From contig NC_057752.1 in the NCBI RefSeq assembly GCF_004010195.1, forward strand, positions 11,762,732 to 11,782,731: DNA of 20,000 nt, in the 5' to 3' direction. The notes below the pieces were generated by a model that was not told the origin of the DNA, made no database searches, and saw only the letters and a list, made by a program, of their open reading frames with translations. How positions within the stretch are numbered: position 1 is the stretch's first letter; every line of letters begins with the position of its first letter. Made by a program: the position numbers and the translations under genes. Positions 1 to 10,832 of this stretch are shown piece by piece. This DNA is from Chiloscyllium plagiosum. Lineage: Eukaryota.

Positions 1-1049
1 AACATTGAGAGAGGCAATTGGAATTTTTAACGCTCAGTGCAGAAAAGAACCCCCCAACCTTGGCTGTTGCTCAATTCAGCTGCTGGCACTAGCACATGCA
101 ATATATTGGCTGCATCAAAACAAATAACCAGCATTCACAGCTGGGGCAGGAGATCAGCGTCAACCTCTGTCAAAGGCTTTAAATACCATGAAAGTTGCAG
201 TAATGAATTCACAGTTTCACCATCTGTGGATGATGTGCGCAAAACTGACTGGGTAGAATTGGTGTACCAGTGGACCATGCAATTTTAGGCAGTCGCCAAA
301 GAGGGCCATTGTCTCGTTTTTAGTTTTATCACCGCCCTATCTTTGAGCATCAAGTACAGGCGGCCATGCTGCAGCAGCAAGCAACAGTTCAAATCTTGAA
401 CTCAAGCGCAATGTGTGGCTTTTAGTCTGTCAGTTTGTGAAATGGGTGGCTTCATTTCGGGAGCACGCCCAAGAGGTTTTGCACAATAATCCAGTCAGAC
501 CATTAAATAATTTTATTTTTGACATCTGCTGAGATTGACAAGTTGCTAAAAATTACAAACTATTCCACCTCAAGCAGGAGACAATAACAGGAGCATTGTA
601 TAGTTCCCAAAAGCATAATTCCCACAGGTGTAGAAGCCTGAAGTGTTTGGATTTGTCACAGGAAAACTGAGCAATTGGTCACACACACGCACATTCTGCA
701 CTTTGACCGGCAGCTTTGTTCCTTTTCTTATACAGCTTTTTTTCCCTGCCTCCCTGTGAGTGAGTGCTTGGTTTCACCTCTTTTCATTGCGTATTCTCAT
801 TTATTCTTGTGTGCCTCACGTTCTTTCTGTATCTCTGTTTCTCTCCTCCTCCAGATCCCCTCCCCCCCTCCCCACCGCCGCTGCCTCCCAATTCCCTATC
901 CCCCATTTAAAACAGTTGTTTTCTTAAGTCATACAGATCATTTCATGGAGGCCAGGCCAACTCTGACAGTTACGATATCAGTTGAACAAGCTATCATTTT
1001 CAGAAAATAGTCCAGGAGGTGAAATGTACAGATGATAAATGATTTGGGC

Positions 1050-1243
1050 CTTGAATGTGTTGCCAGTGGATGAGGTAGAAGCAGATATGATAGCGTTTAA
1101 GAGACATTTAGACAGACACAAGAACAGGTAGGGAATAGAGGGATGCAGACTATGTGCAGGCTGATGGGATTAGTTGAGAATGACATCATGGCTGGCACAG
1201 ACATGGTGGGCCAAAGGGTCTGCTCCTGTGCTGTACTATTCAG
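1050..1243 (+). mobile_element. CR1-type LINE 3' end fragment (decayed)
   Basis: Degenerate ORF2 C-terminus (AFKRHLDRH-like: tttaagagacatttagacagacac) followed by a CR1 3' tail (gacatggtgggccaaagggtctgctcctgtgctgta) similar to the tail at 4650-4690. Confidence 0.8.
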
Positions 1244-2129
1244 TGACAGAGAAGTAACAAAGCATGAACTTATTTGTCTTATCAGGTGGACAGATTCCTT
1301 GATCTGAGTTTTTATTGTGAAAAACAAAAAAAAATTCTTTAGAAGATTCATTTTGATTTTTTTCTTTTCTAATACTGACTGACGTAGTAATTAGTTGCAT
1401 TGCCAGAATAATTGTTTAAATTCAGGACTTTGAGCAAACCTGAATAATGGTGCAGTCATTTCTGCTCTTATAGTACTGCTTAAGAGTTGTTTATTTCAAA
1501 TGTGCACAAATAAAAGAAATGCTTCAACATTTGCTTTGACTATTTTTAATGTATTGCAACATATTTAAACATTCATCAATGGATATATGTCATGCCCACA
1601 CAAATATGGAACACCAAAAATCATTGGGAGGGAAGGCCAGCTGAACAAAAAAATAATAAATGCCTGGACAGGTGCAAACACCGCGATTCATGTTCCCGAG
1701 AGGGGGTAGGCTTATGGAGTTTCCAAGAGGACCTGGGCAATTTTAAGGGTAAGTTTAAAGATATTTTTGGTGAATTTTTTTTTGTGTGGTTCTTATTTCC
1801 CAAACCTTAGACTTCTACTGTGAACTTGGGTTAATGAGAAACAAGATAGCAAATGAACACTTGTTTTGAAAGCTCTTCAATTTAGTTTGTTCTCCTTGAA
1901 TATTGTGTTTCTGGCAGCATATCTAATGAGTATTTGCTCAGAAAGATGTTTGTTTCCAGGGTAATTGTCATTTAATCTATTTTTTTGAATAAGTGGTATT
2001 TCAACTAGTCAGATGGTAATGTGACATACACTTTGCATGTATGATGCTTTCAATTTACAAGGATACACACCAGAGGCAACTCTTCTGATTATGAGAGTAG
2101 ATTCTGAGGGAGCATGAGACTGAATGACC

Positions 2130-2400
2130 AATGGATGGTTAATACCTTCAAAGATTTATTTTCCTCCATCTTCATCAAAAAGACTGTAGGCACCCTAATA
2201 TGGAGGTGAAATCTCTAAGGAGAATGAGGATGGCGAATGTTTGAAATTACAAATAAGGACTGGACAAATAAGCCGAGACTTGGAGGACTTGTGCATGACC
2301 TAGATGCACGGCATACAGTGGTGCTTAGGAAATAGTTAAGGATGTATTGGAATACCCACACATTGCAGAAGACAGCTGTTAAGCCAATATGTTATAAAAT
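2130..2400 (+). mobile_element. Highly decayed CR1 ORF2 fragment (tether/pre-RT region)
   Basis: MVNTFKDLFSSIFIKK at ~2135-2182 resembles CR1 MAExLNxYFASVFTKE. gacctagatgcacggcatacagtggtgcttagg resembles GPDGxHPRVL. Confidence 0.5.
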
Positions 2401-2424
2401 TACAGACATGCGAGAAAATACATT

Positions 2425-2835
2425 GCCCCTCTACTGTTCGTATTGTGTCTCAATCCCCCTGTATTGTTAATATGACTGTACTCTCAAGCGTCCTGTAACA
2501 TTAATATTATTGTGCCCTCAATTATCCTCTACTGTTAAGATTACCTGTAATCCTCCTGTAGTATTAACATCACGGTACCTTCAGTTTACCTTTACCATTA
2601 TTATCACTATTGTCAGTCTTCCTTTACAATTGATACCACCACCCTAAACACACCTGCACAGTTAACAACACTGTGTCCACAATCCCCTTGTAACATTAAT
2701 ATCAATAACTTTAATCATGTACTGTTGATATCACTGTACCCTCAATCTTCCTGTGCCATTACCATCACTGTACTCTGAGTCCTATATTGTTAATATCATG
2801 GTAACTGCAGTCCCCTTATACTGTTAGTGTATTGC
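2425..2835. repeat. Degenerate minisatellite, about 12-13 units of ~30-35 bp, consensus approx. AATCCCCCTGTACTGTTAATATCACTGTACCCTC
   Basis: Read directly, e.g. aatccccctgtattgttaatatgactgtactctc / aatcctcctgtagtattaacatcacggtaccttc / aatcttcctgtgccattaccatcactgtactctg. Confidence 0.85.
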
Positions 2836-2844
2836 TAAATTCAG

Positions 2845-2945
2845 TACTGGCTTTTTCCCCAACTCCATTGTGTTTTATTTGCTAATTTGTTCAGTTGAGC
2901 CAGTTCTATATCACTGGAAAATTCATCGTCATCTGCATGATATCT
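2845..2945 (-). mobile_element. Possible very decayed CR1 RT remnant
   Basis: Minus-strand ORF 2841-3056 contains HADD followed by LAQLNKLANKTQW, loosely like FADD...LDRLxxWAxxWQM. Confidence 0.3.
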
Positions 2946-3075
2946 GGGTATGTTCTGCTGCCATACAGGAATATTGTTGACTGCATTTCTAAAATCCCAA
3001 TATTCTGTAGTAGATGGATTCATTTGAGAGAATTGCAGTGGGTTTCTGGTGAGCACTGTAGACTCATCCCTTTGA

Positions 3076-3528
3076 ATGCAGTTTTCAGTTTCTATAAATG
3101 ACTTGGATGAAGAGATCGAAGCTGTGGTCTGTAAGTTTGCTGATCAGGCAAAGTTAGGTTCCAAAGTAAATTGTCAAAAGGACATAAGGAAGATACAAAG
3201 GGATATAAATAGGTTAGGGAGTGGGCAAAAATCTGGCAAGTGGACTGTAATGTGGGAATGTGAGTGTTTGTCAATTTCAGCAAGAAGAATAAAAAAGGAA
3301 GCATTTTATCTAAGTGAACAGAGATTGCAGAGAGATGCCCTACTGTATGAATCACAGAAGGTTAGTATGCTGATACAGCAAGTAATCAGGAAAACTCATC
3401 GAATGTTATAGTCTATTGTGAGGGGAATTGAAGAGAAAAGTAGGGAGATTATGCTTCAGTTATACAAAGCATTGATTGGACCACATGGAGAACTGTAAAT
3501 GCATTGAAAGCAGTTCAGAAAAGGTTTA
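3076..3528 (+). mobile_element. Older CR1 LINE, RT fragment, left part (interrupted by a SINE)
   Basis: INDLDEEIEAVVCKFADQAKLG...IQRDINRL is a CR1 RT motif block with frameshifts and stops. It ends at AVQKRF and resumes at ~4907. Confidence 0.88.
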
Positions 3529-3644
3529 GTTTAGAATCCCTATGGTGTGTAAACAGGCCCTTCAGCCCAACAAGTCCACACCGAACAGTATCCCACCCAA
3601 GCCCATTTCCCATGACTCTACATTTACCCCTGACTAATGCACCT
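3529..3644 (-). mobile_element. HE1-type tRNA-derived SINE, 3' part
   Basis: Reverse complement aggtgcattagtcaggggtaaatgtag...gtgtggacttgttgggctgaagggcctgttt matches the 3' half of the SINE copy at 16781-17071. Confidence 0.88.
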
Positions 3645-4698
3645 CAAAGGTACGAGACAGGGGGTGCTGGTGGAGGGTTGTTTTTCAGACTGGAGGCCTG
3701 TGACCACTGTATTGTCACAAGGATTGGTGATGGGTCCACTGCTTTTCATCATTTATATAAATGACTTGGATGTGAGCATAAGGGGTACAGTTATTAAGTT
3801 TGCAGGTGACACTAAAATTGGAGATGTAGTGGACAGCAAAGAAGGTTACCTCAGGTTACAACGGGATCTTGATCAGATGGGCCAATGGGCTGAGAAGTGG
3901 CAGATGGAGTTTAATTCAGATAGATGCGAGGTGCTGCATTTTGGGAAAGCAAATCTTAGCAGCATTTATACACTTAATGGTAAGTTACTACGGAGTGTTG
4001 CTGAACGAAGAGACCTTGGAGTGCAGGTTCATAGCTCCTTGACAGTGAAGTTGCTGGTAGATAGGATAGTGAAGAAGGCATTTGGTATGCTTTCCTTTAT
4101 TGATCAGAGTATTGAGTACAGGAGTTGGGAGGTCATGTTGCGGCTACAGGCCACTGTTGGAATATTGTGTGCAGTTCTGGTCTCGTTCCTTTTGGAAAGA
4201 TGTTGTGAAACTTGAAAGAGTTCAGAAAAGATTTACAAGGATGTTTCCAGGGTTGAAGGATTTGAGCTATAGGGAGAGGTTGAATAGGCGAAAGCTGTTT
4301 TCCTTGGAGTGTCGGAGGCTTAGAGGTGACATTATAGAGCTTTATAAAATCATGAGGAACATGGATAGGATAAATAGACCAAGTCTTTTCCCTGGGGTGG
4401 GGGAGTCCAGAACTAGAGGGCATAGATTTAGGGTGAGAGGGGAAAGATATAAAAGAGACCTAAGGGGCAACTTTTTCACACACAGCGTGGTACGTGTATG
4501 GAATGAGCTGCCAGAGGAAGTGGTGGAGGCTGGTACAATTGCAACATTTAAAAGGCATCTGGATGGGTATATGAATACAAAGGGTTTAGAGGGATATGAG
4601 TCAGGTGCTGGCAGGCGGGACTAGATTGGTTTGGGATATCTGGTCGGCATGGACAAGTTGGACCGAAGGGTTTGTTTCCATGCTGTAAACTCTATGAT
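3645..4698 (+). mobile_element. Younger 5'-truncated CR1 (HER1-like) LINE: RT C-terminal half plus 3' UTR, inserted into the SINE
   Basis: ORFs 3637-4215 and 4082-4624 give QGLVMGPLLFIIYINDLD...KFAGDTKIG...WAEKWQMEFN...LERVQKRFTRM...WNELP...FKRHLD. FADD is mutated to FAGD, there is a frameshifting deletion at ~4146, and the tail ends ctctatga. Confidence 0.95.
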
Positions 4699-4701
4699 CC
4701 T

Positions 4702-4905
4702 AACCTGCACATCCCTGAACACTATGGGCAATTTAGCATGGCCAATTCACCTAACCTCCTCAACTTTTGGAGGAAACCGGAGCACCCGGAGGAAACTCAC
4801 GCAGATACTGGGAGAATGTGCAAATCCACGCAGAGTCTGGAATCGAACCCGGATCCCTGGTGCTATGAGGCAGCAGTGCTAACCACTGAGCCACCGTGCC
4901 GGCCC
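4702..4905 (-). mobile_element. HE1-type SINE, 5' tRNA-like head with intact Pol III A and B boxes
   Basis: Minus strand reads GGCACGGTGGCTCAGTGGTTAGCACTGCTGCCTC. A box TGGCTCAGTGG at 4883-4893 and B box GGTTCGATTCC at 4839-4849. It is colinear with the 3529-3644 piece. Confidence 0.92.
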
Positions 4906-4906
4906 A

Positions 4907-5335
4907 ACTGGACTAATACCTGGTATGGGCAGGATGTCTTGTGAGGATAGGTTGAATAGGGTAGGTTTGTATCTGCTAGAGTTTAAAAGATTAAGGGGCA
5001 GTTTGTTTGATTCTTTAAGATCCTGTGGGCCCTTGACAGGGTAGGTGTGAAGAGGATGTTTCCTCTTGAGGGAGATTCCAGAACTTTAAAAAAAAAACGA
5101 CCTTCACCCATTTAAGACAAAAATGAAGTGTTTTTTTTCTGATGTTTGAGAGTCTTTGGAACTCTCTTCCTCAAAAGGCAGAACGTTTGAATAATTTTTG
5201 GGCAGAGGATGAGAAAAAAGTGAAGGGATGAAAAGTTATCGGAGTAGGCAGAAACATGGAGTATTCAGATCAGTGATGATCTTATTAAATGGTGAAGCAG
5301 GTCCGAGGTCTACTCCTATTTCATATTTTCATAAT
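4907..5335 (+). mobile_element. Older CR1 LINE, right part with 3' tail
   Basis: Continues from QKRF as LIPGMGRMSCEDRLNRVGLYLLEFKRLRG. 3' tail gatcagtgatgatcttattaaatggtgaagcagg...ctactcctatttc. Confidence 0.85.
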
Positions 5336-5849
5336 ATGTAAAGATTTCCAAAAGAAAATAATGAAGTCTAATATAACTTTCCTTCAAAGTGTTTCAATGA
5401 AATGTCTTTATGAATATTTGACTACAATGTGTCCTTCTCAATTTCATAGCATAGAAAAAGCTTTGATGCTATTAAATTTGTCAGTACCGTCTCATTGGCC
5501 CATAAATGCACACCCTTAGATTACTAGCCAGCACTGGAAGATCACTGAACAACAAACCTAATGCAAAATATCCTCAAGCAACCAGCCTCGTGTGAGGGGC
5601 CTGTCTCTGATTGACATAGTGAATTTGTCTGTGTTCTCAATGCTTTCCTTCAGGTTTTATCTGATCTGATCATTCAATTTTTCAGATGTTGGAATCACCT
5701 CTGATATGTACATTTAAATGTCCCCTTGTCCTCCTTAGCAGTCCTTTGACCAATCAGTTGACCTGATTCTGGTGGTCTAGAGCACATACCAGTTAGTAAT
5801 TATCTCCCCAAACCATTTTTTTTCCTCTCCATATATCCAGTGTATCCAC

Positions 5850-6967
5850 AGGGTCATAGAGATGTGCAGCACAGAAACAGACCCTTTGGTCCAACTCGTC
5901 CATGCTAACCAGATATCCTAACCTAATCTAGTTCCATTTGCCAGCACTTGGTTCATATCCCTCTAGACGCTTCCTATTCATATTACCCATTCAGGTGCCT
6001 TTTAAATGTTGTAATTGAACTAGCCTCCATCACTTCCTCTGACAGTTCATTCCATATGCACACCACCCTCTGTGTGAAAAAGTTGCCCCTTAGGTCCCTT
6101 TTAAATCTTTCCCCTCTCACCCTAAACCTATGCCCTCTAGTTCTGGACTCCCCCACCCCAGGGAAAAGACAGTGTCTATTTATTCTATCCATGCCCCTCA
6201 TGATTTTATAAACTTCTATAAGGTCCCCCCTCACTTTCCAACGCTCCAGGGAAAACAGCCCCAGCCTGTTCAGCCTGCCCCTATAGCTCAAATCCCCCAA
6301 CCCTGGCAACATCTTTGTAAACCTTTTCTGAACCCTTTCAAGTTTCACAACATCCTTCCAATAGGAAGGAGACCAGAATTGCACACACTATCCCAACAGT
6401 GGCCTGACCAATGTCCTGTACAGCTGCCACATGACCTCTCAACCCCTATACTCAATGCTCTGACCAATACCAAATGCCTTCTTCACTGTTCTATCTACCT
6501 GCGACTCCACTTTCAAGGATCTACGAACCTACACTCCAAGGTCTCTTTGTTCAGCAACACTTGCCAGGACCTTATTATTAAGTGTTTAAGTCCTGCTCGG
6601 ATTTGCCTTCCCAAAATGCAGCACCTCACATTATTCCGAATTAAACTCCATCTGCCACTCCTCAGCCCATTAGCCCATCTGATCAAGATCCTGTTGTAAT
6701 CTGAGGTAATCTCCTTCGCTGTCCGCTACACCTCTAATTTTGGTGTCATTTGCAAACTTATTAAATATACCTCCCATGTTCACATCCAAAATCATTTTTA
6801 TAAATGACGAAAGGCAGTGGACCCAGCAACGGTCCTTGTGGCACATGACTGATCACAGGCCTCCAGTCTGAAAAGCAACCCTCCACCACCACCCTCTATC
6901 TTCTATCTTCAAGCCAGTTCTGTATCCAAATGGCTAGTTTTCCCTGTATTCCATGAGATCTAACCTT
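5850..6967 (-). mobile_element. Younger 5'-truncated CR1 LINE, same family as 3645-4698, opposite orientation
   Basis: Minus ORF 5983-6384 QFWSPSYWKDVVKLERVQKRFTKMLPG...LFPGVGESRTRGHRFRVRGERFKRDLRGNFFT. The rest of the RT (tcatttgcaaactta = KFAND) extends to ~6967, and the tail gtcatagag is at 5853. Confidence 0.95.
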
Positions 6968-7102
6968 CTGCTGTGATTTAAAATAGCAACATCATTCCTG
7001 ATTTTGTAGTTACAATCTCATTCCTCATCTCTTCTACTGCTCTTTCCTCCCTTTGTTTTCTGAAATACTCCTTATCAACAGAACAACTCTCTAAAAATCT
7101 CC

Positions 7103-7305
7103 AACAAAAACTGTGTGTGCTGGAGAAACTCAGTAGATCTGGCAGCACCTGTGGAAGAAAAAAGGATCAGCATCAATTCCAGTTCTGAAGAAGGGCCACT
7201 GGACTCCATATTAAATCTCTTCTTCTCTCCACAGGTGCTGCCAGACCTGCTGAGTTTCACCAACACTTTCTGTTTTTGTTTCAGATTTCTGGCATCCACA
7301 GTTTT
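7103..7305. mobile_element. Penelope-like pseudo-LTR inverted-repeat (hairpin) element, older, with a decayed hammerhead core
   Basis: Arms 7117-7155 and 7228-7266 are reverse complements (4 mismatches in 39 nt). CTGAAGA-A-GGGCC-ACTG-GACTC at 7185-7206 has its GAAA mutated to CATA. Confidence 0.75.
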
Positions 7306-8384
7306 AGTCCGGCAAACTCCCTTTGTAAGTGTAGCCAAATGAAAGACTTTGTGTCTGTTGGGCCATATATCACTATGAGCCATCTTTCTCACTGATACTT
7401 CCCACTGGTTAGGAATTTCTTTATTACTTCATTCCCTTTGTTTATACAAAGATTAAATCAATATTTCAAGTACTCTTTTCTGCTCTGTTGTCATTAAGTT
7501 TAATTTTTAGTCTTTTATTTAAAACATTACCCCATCTTATTTGTTCCAATTTTTTCACATTGCCCTTTTTCTCCTCTGCAAGTACAAGTGTAGCAAGCTT
7601 GTTTATTACAGTATGCCTTACCCTTATTAGGTCTCTGTTAAGGTCCAAGCCACAGGATTTTGTTCTCGCTCTGTGCTCTCCCTGAAGGCAGTCAGCTTTG
7701 ACCCCTACCTTGGTCTTTTGAAGGTTGCCTTCTAGAATGCAGCCAACTAAGCTGGTCCTTGAATTCAGCCCTCTGACACTGTCATGTGTATTACTACTGG
7801 CATCTTTGTAGATTCACTTCACTAGATACTGCATACACAACCAGCTCCTTATGCATTTTGCATGACTATTTGCTCTACTACTCTTTCATGCTAAATCTAC
7901 GACTAATTTTCTCACTTACTTGACTTGGATTCACCCATTTCAGCACAATGTTCATCTTCGGCCAAATTATCATTTTCCTCATTCAACACAAGCCCCTCTT
8001 GTCATTATTTTTCTTGTCTCACAACTGACATGGTTGCTGAACAGGTTAAAAGCCTTTCCAGCTCTTCCATAGCATGGCCATTCCTCATGCCACAATCTCT
8101 CTCAGTATTTCAGGAGTATAGGTTTCTGCCTTAGGGTTAGGCAGTTTGTCAGCTTCTTTTTAGCTTGGATCAAAACATGATGGCACAAGCCCTGAAGCCT
8201 TTCACCAAGTCTGTGTGGGAGAGCAAATGGAGCATGCACTACCTTCAATTTCATCCCTTCTGCACGTGTGGCATGCTTTCCTCAGCACTAACCAAATTAG
8301 TTTCAAATGTGCTTTTTAAAGTGAGGCATCTGTATTTATGGATTTGTTTCAGCTTCCAGAAGAAGCACATATTTAGTTGAAGAA

Positions 8385-9178
8385 CAACATGCAAATTAAG
8401 AACAGGAGTAGGCCATTTGGCCCCACAGCCCTGTACAGCCTTTCAATAAAATGGTGGTTAATCTCATTGTGACCTCCACTCTACTTTCCTGTCTACTCCC
8501 ATTCTCCCAATAGCCTTCGATTCCTTTGTTAATCAAGAATCTATCTTACTCAACCTTAATTCAATGATCCTGCCTTCACTGCTGTCTGCAGGAAACATTG
8601 CCACTGACTAATAATCCTCTGGCAGAAAAGGTTTCTTTTAATCTCTCTCTTAAATGGGAAATCCTTTATTTTTAAATCATGTTCCAGAGTTCTAGTATCT
8701 CCCACAAGAGATCTCTAGCTTCTCCCATGAAAGGGAACATCCCCTCAACATGCACCCTGACCAGCCCTTCAGGAACTTGTATGTTTTAATGAGATCACCT
8801 CTCATTCCTCAAAAATTTTAATGGATGCAGAGCCAACCTTTCCTAATAAATTAAACACCCTCATCCCAGTAATCGGACAAGTGAATCTTCTCTGAACTGC
8901 TTCTAATGTCATTATATCCTTTTTTAAATAAGGAGACCAAAACTACACTCTCTCCAGCTGTGTTCTCACTGACATCCCTTCAACTGTAACAAAACTTGCC
9001 TATTTTTATACTGGATTCTCCTTGAAATAATTGCCACCATTCTTAATTGCCTTCCTAATCATTTGCTGTACCCTTTTGTGATTCCTGTCCAGGACATCCA
9101 GATCCCAGTGTACCAGAGTTCTGCAATCTGTCACCATTTAAATCATACATTGCTTTTCTATTCTTCCTGGCAAAAGTG
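8385..9178 (-). mobile_element. Older CR1 LINE 3' fragment
   Basis: Reverse-oriented CR1 tail (ggagtaggccatttggcccc) and decayed ORF2 motifs (gagatcacctctcatt = MRGDL; gtgaatcttctctgaactgcttc = EAVQRRFT; ggagaccaaaact = FWSP). Confidence 0.85.
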
Positions 9179-9797
9179 TAGTTTTTAAATTTGGGGTCTT
9201 TGACAGCACTTTATTTTTGTCCGTGACATAACTGCAATTCTGATCTTTTCAATGTGGTTATCTGCATTTATTCATATCCTTTGGAAACTAATATTGGTAT
9301 AAATCAGTGACATTGAAAATTGTGTCATATCTGTTGAAGCTATCCTGATTATTGAGATCTCTTTAAGATCTGTTTGCATTTTATTATGTACCTGTGGCTG
9401 ATATCAAACTGAATTGAAACTCCACCTTAGCTTCACAGCAGCCCCACTATAGTCTAATGGCAACTTAGCACAGTGAGAAACCAGAATTGTTTTGGCTGCT
9501 GTTAGATGTTGGGTATAATTTGAAATCCTATCTTACCTTTTTTTTGTTTTTTTTTATTGGATTCTCTGATAGAAGAATTCCTATTGTGCATCATTTCAGC
9601 ACAAGATTGATTGACTATAAAATACATCAGGACCTTGATATAGTGACAATACTGGTATGGTATCTAGAGCATTTTCCACATGATTTTCCACACTCAGGTG
9701 ATGTAGCTGCTTAGTGATATCATGACTTCATAAAGAAAGAGTTAGAATGTTGTACTCTTGAGCGGATGACCGCATTGCACCTTGTTTTAAGACGCAG

Positions 9798-9922
9798 TCC
9801 TGCCACACCATATGCCAAGTCAAAGCGAGGACATCGAGAGGAGGACCAAGAGGACCTGACCAAGGACATGGATGAACCCTCCCCTGTCCCCAACGTAGAA
9901 GAGGTCACACTACCGAAAAGTG
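9798..9922 (+). CDS. SMARCC2: SMARCC2 (BAF170) internal coding exon, 125 nt, phase 2 to 1: (G)[41 protein letters not shown](V)
   Basis: Translation matches the recalled vertebrate SMARCC2 linker upstream of the SWIRM domain ([41 protein letters not shown]), not the SMARCC1 paralogue. CAG acceptor at 9795-9797, GTAAT donor at 9923, and it joins the next exon in frame. Confidence 0.96.
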
Positions 9923-10779
9923 GTAATATGTTTTTCTCGTTTCGTGCTTTTAGTCAGTTTGAATTTAACTTGGCCTGTCGATTGTACATAATGCTATGGT
10001 CACTTTTGCAATTGGAAGTACATTGAAACATCTCAAAGTTTATCTTATTTGAATTGTCCGTAAACTAGCCACCTTCTTTTAAGTCCAGGTTGGATTTAGT
10101 TCCAAACACCAAAGCTGTTCAGCCTAATGTTCACCTTGATGCCCTGCCCAACAGCCACCCAGATTGTTTTCAGTTTTGATTTCTGCTCTGCTGTACTACA
10201 GTAACAGAATGAAGGGCAGTGAGTTATTTTCAAATGTTAATCAAAGATTTAACATCCCGATCTTTTATCTTGTTCTCTTACTATTGATTGTACTGCGTGC
10301 TATGGTGTAACTTGTAATTTCAAGTCCTGTGCCAATTTATCAAGTGAACTGCCAAAGAATGTTGCCTTTGAGAGTCCTCAAGTGTCATTAGAGTATTCCA
10401 TGCATTGATTCCACAACTTTCGGGGCTTTATGAACTGTGTGTACTGATACTCTCTGGAAATATTTTCAAGTCACCGGATTTTGTGCTAAGACCAAGATAA
10501 TCTCTAGGCTGGAGAAATAAGAAATAAATCTAGTGAAAACCAGTTTCAGCAAATAGGTCAAGAGATAGTGTGAAGCTAACCATAGTCAAATTGATATCCC
10601 ACAGGATAGTTTAGGCATCACTGGATGTGAAAAGACGACTCAGTAATTTATATCAGGATTTTATTTTGAAGGCTGGTCATAAATGCTGAATGGAAGGTGG
10701 GGAGTGTGACAGTAGGTTCACAAAGCTCAGATCTTCTATTTTGCTTAAATATTCACAACAGTGCAAGTAACAAGTATGC

Positions 10780-10832
10780 AAACAGTGATTAGGCCAAATG
10801 GCTTGTCTCTGTGCTGTTCATTCTCTCTGACT
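10780..10832 (+). mobile_element. Short CR1-type 3' tail remnant
   Basis: ggccaaatggcttgtctctgtgctgttcattctctctga resembles the CR1 terminal motif. Confidence 0.45.

Noticed and set aside
1..60. IER-AIGIF resemblance to a Harbinger transposase C-terminus
   Set aside because: Needs a frameshift, is very short and has no supporting motifs.
226..260. C/D box snoRNA (GGATGATG...CTGA)
   Set aside because: Imperfect C box, spacing too short and no terminal stem.
2425..2835. CRISPR-like array
   Set aside because: Units are contiguous, degenerate tandem copies without unique spacers. The context is a vertebrate intron with no cas genes.
3637..4624. Functional reverse transcriptase gene
   Set aside because: 5'-truncated and frameshifted near 4146, with the catalytic FADD changed to FAGD.
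6130..6699. 189-aa + strand ORF (and its twin 4133-4423 on the - strand)
   Set aside because: Antisense shadow ORFs of the CR1 copies. Their similarity simply reflects the repeat.
1..9797. The preceding SMARCC2 exon (KKRKRSPSPSPTPE...)
   Set aside because: Not found by eye in any + frame, so it presumably lies upstream of the window.
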